Assembly (NCBI GenBank): GCA_965279525.1
Contig: CBDIIB010000004.1
Location: 224,001 to 288,000 of the forward strand
Source: Tagaea sp.
Lineage (GTDB): Bacteria > Pseudomonadota > Alphaproteobacteria > CACIAM-22H2
Length of the DNA stretch: 64,000 nucleotides
Reading direction: 5' to 3'
Shown here: positions 31,007 to 39,258 of the stretch, piece after piece
Layout: the number at the start of each line of letters is the position of its first letter
Numbering within the stretch: position 1 is the stretch's first letter
Position numbers and translations under genes: made by a program
The notes under the pieces: model-generated
Told to the model about the DNA's origin: nothing
What the model saw: only the letters and a program-made list of their open reading frames with translations
Database searches by the model: none

Positions 31007-32239
31007 ATGGCTCAGACAAATCAAAGCATGGCATCACCGCAGCTGGCCCAGTCGTTCTCGAACGTCGGGCACGCCTATTCGCATCTGCTGACGATGCTTT
31101 TCCCGACCGTCGTGATCGCCCTCGAGAGAAGCTGGGGCTTGAGCTATGGCGAGCTGATCACGCTGATGCTCGCCGGCCAGATCCTGTTCGGTGCCGCGGC
31201 GCTTCCGGCGGGCTGGATCGGCGATCGCTGGTCGGCCGTGGGCATGATGGTCGTCTATTTCATCGGGACGGGAGCCGCTGCCGTCGCGACAGGTGCGGCG
31301 CGATCGCCGTTCGAAGTGGCGCTCGGGTTGGCGGCGATCGGCCTGTTCGCCTCGATCTACCATCCCGTCGGAATGGCCTGGCTGGTGCGCACGGCGGTCA
31401 ACCGGGGGCGGGCGCTGGGCGTGAACGGCGTCTATGGCGCCGTCGGAATTGCGCTTGGCCCGTTCGTCGCCGGCGTTCTGACCGACACGATCTCGTGGCG
31501 GGCGGCCTTCATCATTCCGGGCCTCACGTCCGTCGCGATCGGTCTGGCGTTACTTGTCTGCGCTCGGCAGGGGCGGGTCGTCGATACCGCCCGCGATGTC
31601 AAGCCGACGCCCGAGCCGTCGCAGGGCGATGCCGTGCGCGCGTTCATCCTGCTTTCCTTCACGATGACGCTGGTCGGCCTGATCGGGTCGAGTTTCATGA
31701 TCATGCTGCCCAAGCTGTTTGCCGATCGGCTCGCGGACATCACCGACGGCGGTGCTCTGGGGGCGGGCGCTCTCGTCACGCTCGTCTATCTGTTCGGCGC
31801 GACGGCACAGTATTTCGGCGGCCTTCTGGCGGACCGGTATCCGATGAAGCGGGTCTATGTCGTCGCCTTTGCCATCCAGGCACCGGCACTTGCCTTTGCG
31901 GCCTATCTTGAATCGTGGCCGCTGCTGGCCGTCGCGGTGACGATGGTTTTCGTCAATGTCGGAGCACTTCCGGCGGAAAACGGCATGCTCGCCCATTTCA
32001 CGCCCGGCAAGTGGCGCGGTACGGCGTATGGCGCGAAGTTCGTCCTGGCATTGGGCGTCGCGGCCGTTTGTGTTCCGCTGGTCGGCCAGATCTATGACAG
32101 GACCGGCGGCTTTTTCTGGCTCTTCATCCTGCTCGGGGCCTGTGCGGCATTGGTGGCGCTGATCGGCGCCTTCCTACCGAGCGACAAGCCGGATCTATCG
32201 GTGCGTCGTGCGGATGCGAGTGCCCAGCCGGCCGAATAG
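31007..32239 (+). CDS. MFS transporter
   Basis: About 12 TM segments; motifs GWIGDRW, FASIYHPVG and GLLADRY. Confidence 0.92.
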   Translation: MAQTNQSMASPQLAQSFSNVGHAYSHLLTMLFPTVVIALERSWGLSYGELITLMLAGQILFGAAALPAGWIGDRWSAVGMMVVYFIGTGAAAVATGAARSPFEVALGLAAIGLFASIYHPVGMAWLVRTAVNRGRALGVNGVYGAVGIALGPFVAGVLTDTISWRAAFIIPGLTSVAIGLALLVCARQGRVVDTARDVKPTPEPSQGDAVRAFILLSFTMTLVGLIGSSFMIMLPKLFADRLADITDGGALGAGALVTLVYLFGATAQYFGGLLADRYPMKRVYVVAFAIQAPALAFAAYLESWPLLAVAVTMVFVNVGALPAENGMLAHFTPGKWRGTAYGAKFVLALGVAAVCVPLVGQIYDRTGGFFWLFILLGACAALVALIGAFLPSDKPDLSVRRADASAQPAE

Positions 32240-32246
32240 CAGGGAG

Positions 32247-33539
32247 CTATTTGGACGTGCGTGCGAGTGCTTGCGCGAGATCGCGGATCAGGTCATCGGG
32301 ACTTTCCAGACCGACCGACAGGCGGATCGTGTCTGGACCGGCACCGGCGGCGACCTGTTGCTCGACCGTGAGCTGGCGGTGCGTCGTCGATGCGGGATGG
32401 ATGACCAGCGAACGCGTGTCGCCGACATTCGCCAAATGGCTGAACAACTCGACGCCCTCGACGAGCGCCACGCCGGCTTCGTAGCCGCCCTTGACCCCGA
32501 ACGTGAAGACCGAGCCGGGCCCCATCGGCATGTATTTCTTCGCGAGTGCCCGATAGGGGCTGCCGGCGAGACCGGCATAGGACACCCACGCCACCGCCGG
32601 ATGGGTCTCGAGAAACTCGGCGACGGCCTGCGCGTTCGCGACGTGCCGGGCCATGCGCAGGTGGAGCGTCTCGATGCCGGTGATCGTAAGAAATGCGTTG
32701 AGCGGCGCCATCGTCGGGCCGAGATCGCGAAGGCCGACCGCGCGGGTCTTCATCGAGTAGCCGAAATCCCCGAATGTCTCGGCGAACTTGAGGCCGTGAT
32801 AGGCGGGGTCCGGCTCGGTCATCGACGGGAACTTGCCGCCCGTGCCGAACCAGTCGAAGCGCCCGCTTTCGACGACGGCGCCGCCCATCGCGTTGCCGTG
32901 ACCGGAAAGGAACTTGGTCGTCGAATGGAGCACGATGTCCGCACCCCAGTCGAACGGCCGGCACAGGAACGGCGTCGCCAGCGTGTTGTCGACCATCATC
33001 GGGACCTTGGCCGCCTTGGCGATCGCGGCGATCGGTTCGAGATCGACGATCGATCCGCCGGGGTTCGCGAGAACCTCGCAGAAGATCGCCTTTGTCTTGG
33101 GTGAAAGCGCACGCCGGAAATTCTCGGGATCGGCAGGGTCGACGAATTTGCAGATCCAGCCGAACTTCTTGAACGCGTGCATGAACTGCGTGATCGAGCC
33201 GCCATAGAGATTCCGGCTCGCGATGAACTCGTCGCCGGGCTCCATGATCGAGAAGAAAGCCAGAAGCTGGGCCGCGTGACCCGACGCGGCGCAAACGGCG
33301 GCACGACCGCCTTCCAGATTGGCGATCCGCTCTTCGAGGACAGCGACGGTCGGGTTCGTCAGGCGCGAATAGATGTACCCGAAGGTCTGCAGGTTGAAGA
33401 GCGAAGCCGCGTGGTCGACGTCGTCGAAGACATAGGCCGTCGTCTGGTAGATCGGGGTCGACCGCGCGCCCGTCGTGGGATCCGGTGCGGCACCCGCATG
33501 GATGGCCCGCGTCGCGAAATCGAACTTTTCCTCGGCCAT
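32247..33539 (-). CDS. metY: O-acetylhomoserine aminocarboxypropyltransferase (sulfhydrylase)
   Basis: Motifs PIYQTTAYVF, YIYSRLTNPT, PLP-Lys HSTTKFLSGHG and HLANVGDTRSLVIHPASTTH. Confidence 0.93.
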   Translation of the reverse strand: MAEEKFDFATRAIHAGAAPDPTTGARSTPIYQTTAYVFDDVDHAASLFNLQTFGYIYSRLTNPTVAVLEERIANLEGGRAAVCAASGHAAQLLAFFSIMEPGDEFIASRNLYGGSITQFMHAFKKFGWICKFVDPADPENFRRALSPKTKAIFCEVLANPGGSIVDLEPIAAIAKAAKVPMMVDNTLATPFLCRPFDWGADIVLHSTTKFLSGHGNAMGGAVVESGRFDWFGTGGKFPSMTEPDPAYHGLKFAETFGDFGYSMKTRAVGLRDLGPTMAPLNAFLTITGIETLHLRMARHVANAQAVAEFLETHPAVAWVSYAGLAGSPYRALAKKYMPMGPGSVFTFGVKGGYEAGVALVEGVELFSHLANVGDTRSLVIHPASTTHRQLTVEQQVAAGAGPDTIRLSVGLESPDDLIRDLAQALARTSK

Positions 33540-33616
33540 TCTCTTGCCTCGCCGGTTGCAGAGCGGGCATGTTGCATGGCGCGGCCGGCAATTGGAAGGC
33601 TCGCAAGCGGGGACGA

Positions 33617-34816
33617 ATGGCCGAGTGGCGGCTTGTCGGCATACTATCCATCGGGCAGCTCGTCGTGTGGGGCGCCCTCTATTACGGCTTTGCGGTCATC
33701 GTCACGCCGATGGAGTCCGATCTTGGCTGGGCCAAGACACAGACGAACGGCGCCCTGACGATCGGGCTCCTCGTCGCCGGTGTCGCGGCGGTACCGGTCG
33801 GGCAGTGGATCGACCGGCGCGGCGCGTTCTGGCCGATGACGCTCGGCTCGATCGTCGGCGGGATGCTGCTGATCCTCTGGTCGTTCGTCGAAGCACCCTG
33901 GCAGTTCTTCGCCGTCTGGGCACTGCTCGGCGTGACCCTTGCCGCGACACTCTACGAGCCGGCCTTTGCCGTGATCGCCGCGAACGTCACCGAGTGGCGC
34001 CGGGGAATTCTCTACCTCACCTTTGTCGGGGGGCTTGCGAGCACGGCGTTCGTTCCGCTTGCGCAGTGGCTCGTCGAGTCCTGGGATTGGCGGACTGCGC
34101 TGCGGGTACTTGGCGCAATCGTCGTCGTCGTGGGCGGCGGCATCCATCTTGCCGTGCTTCCCGGCACGAAAGCGAAAGGGGAGGCCGCCAGGGTTGCCGA
34201 TGCGGCGGCGGCCGGCGCGCCGTCGGCCTTGCGTGCGGCAATGGCGCGGCCCGTGTTCTGGGGTATCGCCATTGCCTATTTCGGGTTCAATTTTGCGGGT
34301 GCCGCGATCGTCTTCCACCTCATACCGCTTCTGAACGAGCGGTCGGTCGACACGTCCGTCATCGTCGCGGTCTGGGCGACCATCGGGCCGATGCAGGTCG
34401 CCGGACGCGTCGTCCTCATGATGCTCGGCCACCGGGTCGACGCACGCTCGACGGGGCGTGTGGCCATACTGATCCTTCCGGTCTCGGTACTGCTGCTGGT
34501 CCTCGTCGGCGGCAATGCAACGATGCTGTTCCTGTTCGCGATACTCTACGGAGCTTCGAACGGGATGATGACGATCGTGCGCGGGACCATCGTCCCGGAG
34601 GTGATGGGACCGCGCGGCTACGCGACGATCAACGGGGCGTTAGCATTTCCGGCGAACACAGCGCGTGCGGTCGCGCCGGTCGGCGCTGCGGTCATCTGGG
34701 GCTGGGGTGGCTACGACGCGGTGCTGTGGGTGCTGCTGGGCGTATGCAGCTTCGCCGCGATCGCTTTCTGGATGGCGTCGATCCGTAGCGCCAGTGCTGC
34801 AAACAGCGACGCATAG
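33617..34816 (+). CDS. MFS transporter
   Basis: Motifs WGALYYGF, GQWIDRRG, ATLYEPAF and GPMQVAGR; about 12 TM segments. Confidence 0.92.
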   Translation: MAEWRLVGILSIGQLVVWGALYYGFAVIVTPMESDLGWAKTQTNGALTIGLLVAGVAAVPVGQWIDRRGAFWPMTLGSIVGGMLLILWSFVEAPWQFFAVWALLGVTLAATLYEPAFAVIAANVTEWRRGILYLTFVGGLASTAFVPLAQWLVESWDWRTALRVLGAIVVVVGGGIHLAVLPGTKAKGEAARVADAAAAGAPSALRAAMARPVFWGIAIAYFGFNFAGAAIVFHLIPLLNERSVDTSVIVAVWATIGPMQVAGRVVLMMLGHRVDARSTGRVAILILPVSVLLLVLVGGNATMLFLFAILYGASNGMMTIVRGTIVPEVMGPRGYATINGALAFPANTARAVAPVGAAVIWGWGGYDAVLWVLLGVCSFAAIAFWMASIRSASAANSDA

Positions 34817-34884
34817 GCTTCGGCCCGCAGGCGGCGCGCGTTTTCGACGTGATAAGCCATCAGTTCGGCTGAAATATCGCTCAT
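34711..34884 (-). CDS. Small protein (~57 aa) with ARRLRAEA motif (RSP_7527-like), divergent from LysR
   Basis: GAGGAG RBS 6 nt before the ATG; MSDISAELMAYHVENARRLRAEAYASLFAAL. Overlaps the 3' end of the MFS gene. Confidence 0.6.
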   Translation of the reverse strand: MSDISAELMAYHVENARRLRAEAYASLFAALALRIDAIQKAIAAKLHTPSSTHSTAS

Positions 34885-34957
34885 GTCCATCTCCTCGATC
34901 GGATGGCCGATCTTGACCGCGATCCGCAATGGCGATAATCCGGCTTGTTGGACCAGT

Positions 34958-34980
34958 ATTTGTGAATAACGTTCATAGAT
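34958..34980. promoter_or_regulatory. LysR-type operator
   Basis: ATTTGTGAA-TAACG-TTCATAGAT is an imperfect palindrome containing T-N11-A (TGAA-N5-TTCA), just upstream of the LysR gene. Confidence 0.7.
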
Positions 34981-34993
34981 GGAGCCGGGCAGG

Positions 34994-35887
34994 ATGGATC
35001 GCACAGGCGAGATGGCGGCCTTTGTCGAGACGGTCGAGCGGGAGAGCTTCTCGGCGGCGGCGCGCGCGTTGAAGCTGACGCCGTCGGCGCTGTCGAAGCT
35101 CGTGACGCGTCTGGAGGCTCGCCTCGGCGTCAGCCTGATGAAGCGTACGACACGCCGGCTGTCGCTGACGCCGGAAGGCGAAGCCTATTTCGAGCGCGCG
35201 CGTCGCATCCTTGAAGACATCCGGAGCGCCGAAACCGAAGTGGCCGGCTTCCGCGAGCGCCCGCGCGGATTGCTGCGGGTCAACTCCGGCAACGCGTTCG
35301 CGATCCACCAGCTTGTCCCGGCGCTGCCGGAGTTCGCGCTGCGCTATCCGGACCTGAAGGTGGAACTGTCGCTCGACGACAGGCGCGTCGACCTCATCGA
35401 GTCCGGCGCCGATCTTGCGATCCGGATCGGCAGTGTCGGCGACGAACGTCTCGTATCGCGCAAGATCTGCGAGCTCAAGCGCATGATCTGCGCGTCGCCG
35501 ACCTATCTCGCCAGACGCGGCATCCCGCGAAAGCCGGATGACCTTGCACGCCACGACTGCATCACGATGGCGGGCATGCCGGAGCTCGCCCGCTGGCCGT
35601 TCCGCGGGGGAACGGTCGCCGTGAACGGACCTGCGACGGCCGACAGCGCCAACGCGGTCCTCGAGATGGGTCTGCGGGGCATGGGACTCGTCCGTTTCGC
35701 GGACTTCGTGTTTTCGGAATATGTCCGGGATGGCCGGCTTGTTCCGGTGCTGGTCGACCATCACAAAGGCGATGTGGTGCCGATTGCCGTCGTATATCCG
35801 CAGAGCCGGCACAAGGTTCCGAAGACGGCGGCATTCGTCGATTTCATGATGCGCCGCTTCGCGCATGCGCCGTGGCGCATCGAGTGA
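34994..35887 (+). CDS. LysR-family transcriptional regulator
   Basis: SFSAAARALKLTPSALSKLVTRLEARLGVSLMKRTTRRLSLT plus a CrgA-like substrate domain. Alternative start at 34979. Confidence 0.96.
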   Translation: MDRTGEMAAFVETVERESFSAAARALKLTPSALSKLVTRLEARLGVSLMKRTTRRLSLTPEGEAYFERARRILEDIRSAETEVAGFRERPRGLLRVNSGNAFAIHQLVPALPEFALRYPDLKVELSLDDRRVDLIESGADLAIRIGSVGDERLVSRKICELKRMICASPTYLARRGIPRKPDDLARHDCITMAGMPELARWPFRGGTVAVNGPATADSANAVLEMGLRGMGLVRFADFVFSEYVRDGRLVPVLVDHHKGDVVPIAVVYPQSRHKVPKTAAFVDFMMRRFAHAPWRIE

Positions 35888-36022
35888 GGACAGGTCGGGA
35901 AGGAGGCGGCGATCCGCCATGTCCGCGACGGGCATGCGCGGCCGAAGACACGCGTCGAACGCGATACGGCCGTGCGTTTGCCGGGCATTGCGACAGCGAC
36001 CTGCTGGGGTACTGTCTTGACC

Positions 36023-36922
36023 ATGAATGATGCCGCCCGCCCGACATCCGACAGGAAGCAGGACAACATCCGCGCTGCGGGCTTTATGACGCTGTCGACG
36101 GTCTTTTTCGTGATCAACGACGCGATGATGAAGCTGATCGCGCAGGAGATGCCGATCGTCCAGGCCATGGCGATCCGGGGCCTGATGGTGACGCTCGGAC
36201 TTGCCGTCGTCGCCTACCTGACCGGCGCGTTTTCGCGCTGGCGGAGTCTTGCGGATCCGATGGTCGTCGGCCGTGCCGGATTCGAGACGGTCGGATCGTT
36301 CGCCTACATGCTGGCTCTTCCCCACATTCCGCTCGCGACGGCAGTGGCCCTGAACATGGCCACACCGCTATGCACGCTGCCGTTGGCGGCAGCCTTCCTC
36401 GGCGAACGGTACGGCTGGCGCCGCATCGCCGCGATTCTGGTCGGATTTCTCGGGGTCATGCTGATCCTCCGCCCATCCGTCGACGGCGTCGATCCCTGGC
36501 TCCTGCTGTCGTTCGGCTCCTCGATCTTCTTCGCGTTGCGCGACGTGTCGACCCGAAAGATCTCGACCGAAATTCCTTCATTGTTGATCGCGATCACCAT
36601 GGCGGGTGCAGTCACCTTCGTGGCCATTGTGCGAAGCGCTTTTGAAGGTTGGGTGCCGGTCGATGCCGGGGCATTCATGTTGTTGGCGCTGGCTTCCGTG
36701 CTTGTCGGCATGGGGTACACGCTCGTCGTCAAGGCGATGCGTCAGGGTGAAGTGAGCTTCACCGGCGCGTTCCGGTATGCCGCCCTGATTTGGGCATCGG
36801 CGCTGGGTTGGTTCCTCTGGCGCGATCTTCCCGATCCGGTCGCCTGGGGCGGGATTTCCCTGATCCTTGGTGCCGGACTCTATGCGCTGCACCGCGAACG
36901 CGTGCGCGCACGCAACGCATGA
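36023..36922 (+). CDS. DMT/EamA-family transporter
   Basis: About 10 TM segments; FLGERYGWRR and ILRP. Confidence 0.9.
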   Translation: MNDAARPTSDRKQDNIRAAGFMTLSTVFFVINDAMMKLIAQEMPIVQAMAIRGLMVTLGLAVVAYLTGAFSRWRSLADPMVVGRAGFETVGSFAYMLALPHIPLATAVALNMATPLCTLPLAAAFLGERYGWRRIAAILVGFLGVMLILRPSVDGVDPWLLLSFGSSIFFALRDVSTRKISTEIPSLLIAITMAGAVTFVAIVRSAFEGWVPVDAGAFMLLALASVLVGMGYTLVVKAMRQGEVSFTGAFRYAALIWASALGWFLWRDLPDPVAWGGISLILGAGLYALHRERVRARNA

Positions 36923-37806
36923 GTACCGGCAATACCAGCGGCATCCTCGCGATGTCCGCGGCGATGGCGCTGTTCGTCGCATCCGACACGTTCATGAAGA
37001 CTGCCAGCGAAGTGACGAACCCTTCACAGCTGCTCTTCGTGCGGGGGTTGCTGCTTGTCTCGGTGATTTTTGTGCTGGCGTGGCGCCTGCGGGCCCTGGA
37101 ACATGTCGGCGGGCTGCTGCAGCCACGCACGCTCCTGCGCACGGTCGCCGAGGGGGCGGGCACAGTCGCATACGTCGTTTCGCTCGCCTATATCCCGATC
37201 GCGACGGCACTGGCGATCCATATGGCGACACCGCTTTTCGTTCTGCCGCTTTCGCGCTGGATCCTGGGCGAGCGGATCGGACCGGGACAGATCCTCGCGG
37301 TCCTCTGCGGCATGACCGGGGTGCTGCTGATCCTGCGGCCGACCGTCGAGGGGTTCGACATCTGGCTCGTCGTCAGTCTGTCGTCGGCGGTCATCTTCGC
37401 GTTGCGCGACACGCTCACGCGCACGATACCGGCGCAGGTACCTTCGATTCTGGTCCTGCTCGGCGGGGTTTCAGCTGTCGCGACGGTGGCCGCGGCCGGC
37501 GTCGTCGGGGCGGGGTGGGGGCCGATGGGCCTGCGCGAACTGGGCTGCGTCGTCGCGGCTGCCCTGTTCGTGGGTACGGGAACGCAGTTGATGATCCGTG
37601 CAATGCGGACAGGCGAGATTTCGGTGATCTCGCCGTTCCGCTATACCGCCATCGTGTGGGCGGTCCTGTCGGGCTTCGCGATCTGGGGCACGCTTCCCGA
37701 CACGCCGACCCTCGCCGGTATCGGCCTGATCGTCGCCGCCGGACTCTATTCGTTGCTGCGCGACAGGTTCAGCGCCAGAGACCGCGATCGGCAAGCCAGC
37801 GGTTGA
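36919..37806 (+). CDS. DMT/EamA-family transporter (tandem paralogue)
   Basis: Motifs ILGERIG, ILRP and PFRYTAIVW. ATGA overlap with the preceding EamA gene. Confidence 0.9.
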   Translation: MSTGNTSGILAMSAAMALFVASDTFMKTASEVTNPSQLLFVRGLLLVSVIFVLAWRLRALEHVGGLLQPRTLLRTVAEGAGTVAYVVSLAYIPIATALAIHMATPLFVLPLSRWILGERIGPGQILAVLCGMTGVLLILRPTVEGFDIWLVVSLSSAVIFALRDTLTRTIPAQVPSILVLLGGVSAVATVAAAGVVGAGWGPMGLRELGCVVAAALFVGTGTQLMIRAMRTGEISVISPFRYTAIVWAVLSGFAIWGTLPDTPTLAGIGLIVAAGLYSLLRDRFSARDRDRQASG

Positions 37807-38812
37807 TGACGCCGGCGATGTCGGCGTTGTTCTTGTCCATCATCAGCATGTGGCTATTGCCGTTGATTCCGATCTGCGGAAGGTCGATGACCGAAACGTC
37901 GCCACCGATGGCCCGGATGGCGTCGAAATACCGCAGGCCGTTGCCTTTGATGATCGGCCAGCGCACATCCTGGTCGATATAGTCGCCATACACGGCAAGG
38001 ACGGGAACCGACTTCAGCTTCTCCACGTTCGCCGGTTCTCCGAAGCCTGCCGGCTCGACCGCGACGATCGCGCGCACCTTGTCGGGGCGGGATTCGGCGG
38101 CACGGAAGACGAACTGGCCGGCCTGGCTGTGCGCCAGCAGCACGCACGGGCACACGCGGTCGATCATCGCGACATAGGCGGCCACGATCGCGTTGTCTGT
38201 CGTCGTCCAGCGCGGCACGATCTGCTTGACGAAGCTGTCGTAGGCTTCGACGGGAAACTGGCTCCCGGGCAGGACCTCCTGGCGCGCATATGTTCCGGGC
38301 CCGCCGCCGATGCGGAAGCGCTCGTAGGCGTCGTGCTTGGCAAGGAACACCGGCGCGCCTTCGAAGGTCTGGGCCCAACCGGCACGGCCGCGTTCGACGG
38401 CGTCGGCGTTGTACACCGACCAGCCGCGACGCACGAAATAGTTGACCCACCCCTCGCGTCCGTCGGGCGTCGTCTCGTAGGTGACGCCCGTCAGTCCGCC
38501 GCCGTGCATCATCAGCATCGGCACCAGCGACCGGCGATAGCTCGGGATGAAGTACTGCACGTAGGCGTGCTCGACCGAGAACGTTCCGTTGGGATCGACG
38601 CGCGCCGGCACGCCGCCTGGCGTGAAGACGACTTCGCGCACCGGCTGTCCGCTGATCGTCACGTCGCGGCCGCCGACATGGAACGAGCCCATCTGGGCGA
38701 GTTGCAACGATCCGCCGTCCGAACCGCCTCCACCGCAAGCGGCAACGGCAAGTGCGGCAAGCAGTGCAGCCCCACGCGGGATTCGTCCCATCGAGCGTCT
38801 CTCCGGTTTCAC
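37769..38812 (-). CDS. Alpha/beta-hydrolase lipoprotein
   Basis: Lipobox LAVAAC, oxyanion HGGG, nucleophile AHSQAG and His motif GNSHMLMMD. Confidence 0.85.
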   Translation of the reverse strand: MKPERRSMGRIPRGAALLAALAVAACGGGGSDGGSLQLAQMGSFHVGGRDVTISGQPVREVVFTPGGVPARVDPNGTFSVEHAYVQYFIPSYRRSLVPMLMMHGGGLTGVTYETTPDGREGWVNYFVRRGWSVYNADAVERGRAGWAQTFEGAPVFLAKHDAYERFRIGGGPGTYARQEVLPGSQFPVEAYDSFVKQIVPRWTTTDNAIVAAYVAMIDRVCPCVLLAHSQAGQFVFRAAESRPDKVRAIVAVEPAGFGEPANVEKLKSVPVLAVYGDYIDQDVRWPIIKGNGLRYFDAIRAIGGDVSVIDLPQIGINGNSHMLMMDKNNADIAGVINRWLADRGLWR

Positions 38813-39258
38813 GAGGCCTGTTCCTCATGCTTCGGGGCATCGAGCGAATCGCCCCATGCCGCGCGCAACTCCGCCTGCCTCTGTTCGATCAGCTGGAACT
38901 GGTCGCCTTGCGTGCGCCGGTGCATCGCCCGGCCGATCGCCGGTGCTGCGAAAGCGACGACGAAGCCCGCACCGGCCGCACAAAGCGGGATGATCCAGGC
39001 CATCGGATCCGCCGTCGGATTGCGGATCGGGTCGAGCAGGCCGACCAGGATGACCGGTCCGGCGGCTGCCAGCGTCATGGCGCCGCCGCCGAGGGAGATG
39101 AAGCGTTTGCCGCCGCCTTCGAGGAGCCCGACGACGGCGCAAGGCGCGAAGATGCCGAACACGTAGACCATCATCGACGGCTTGAGCACGACGACGGCTG
39201 CGATCAGGATCGTTGCCGCGAGAATCGCGAAGATGATCAGAAGCGTGCGGAAGCTCAT
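38809..39258 (-). CDS. Membrane protein (about 4 TM) with C-terminal RQAELRAAWG
   Basis: Hydrophobic profile and 4-nt start/stop overlaps on both sides. Confidence 0.8.
   Translation of the reverse strand: MSFRTLLIIFAILAATILIAAVVVLKPSMMVYVFGIFAPCAVVGLLEGGGKRFISLGGGAMTLAAAGPVILVGLLDPIRNPTADPMAWIIPLCAAGAGFVVAFAAPAIGRAMHRRTQGDQFQLIEQRQAELRAAWGDSLDAPKHEEQAS

Noticed and set aside
33540-33616. SAM/SAH riboswitch upstream of metY
   Set aside because: The spacer is only 77 bp, is shared with a divergent gene, and shows no consensus I can recognise. An Rfam scan would settle it.
36023-37806. Tandem EamA duplication as a novel system
   Set aside because: Tandem DMT paralogues are common, and nothing else here is distinctive.
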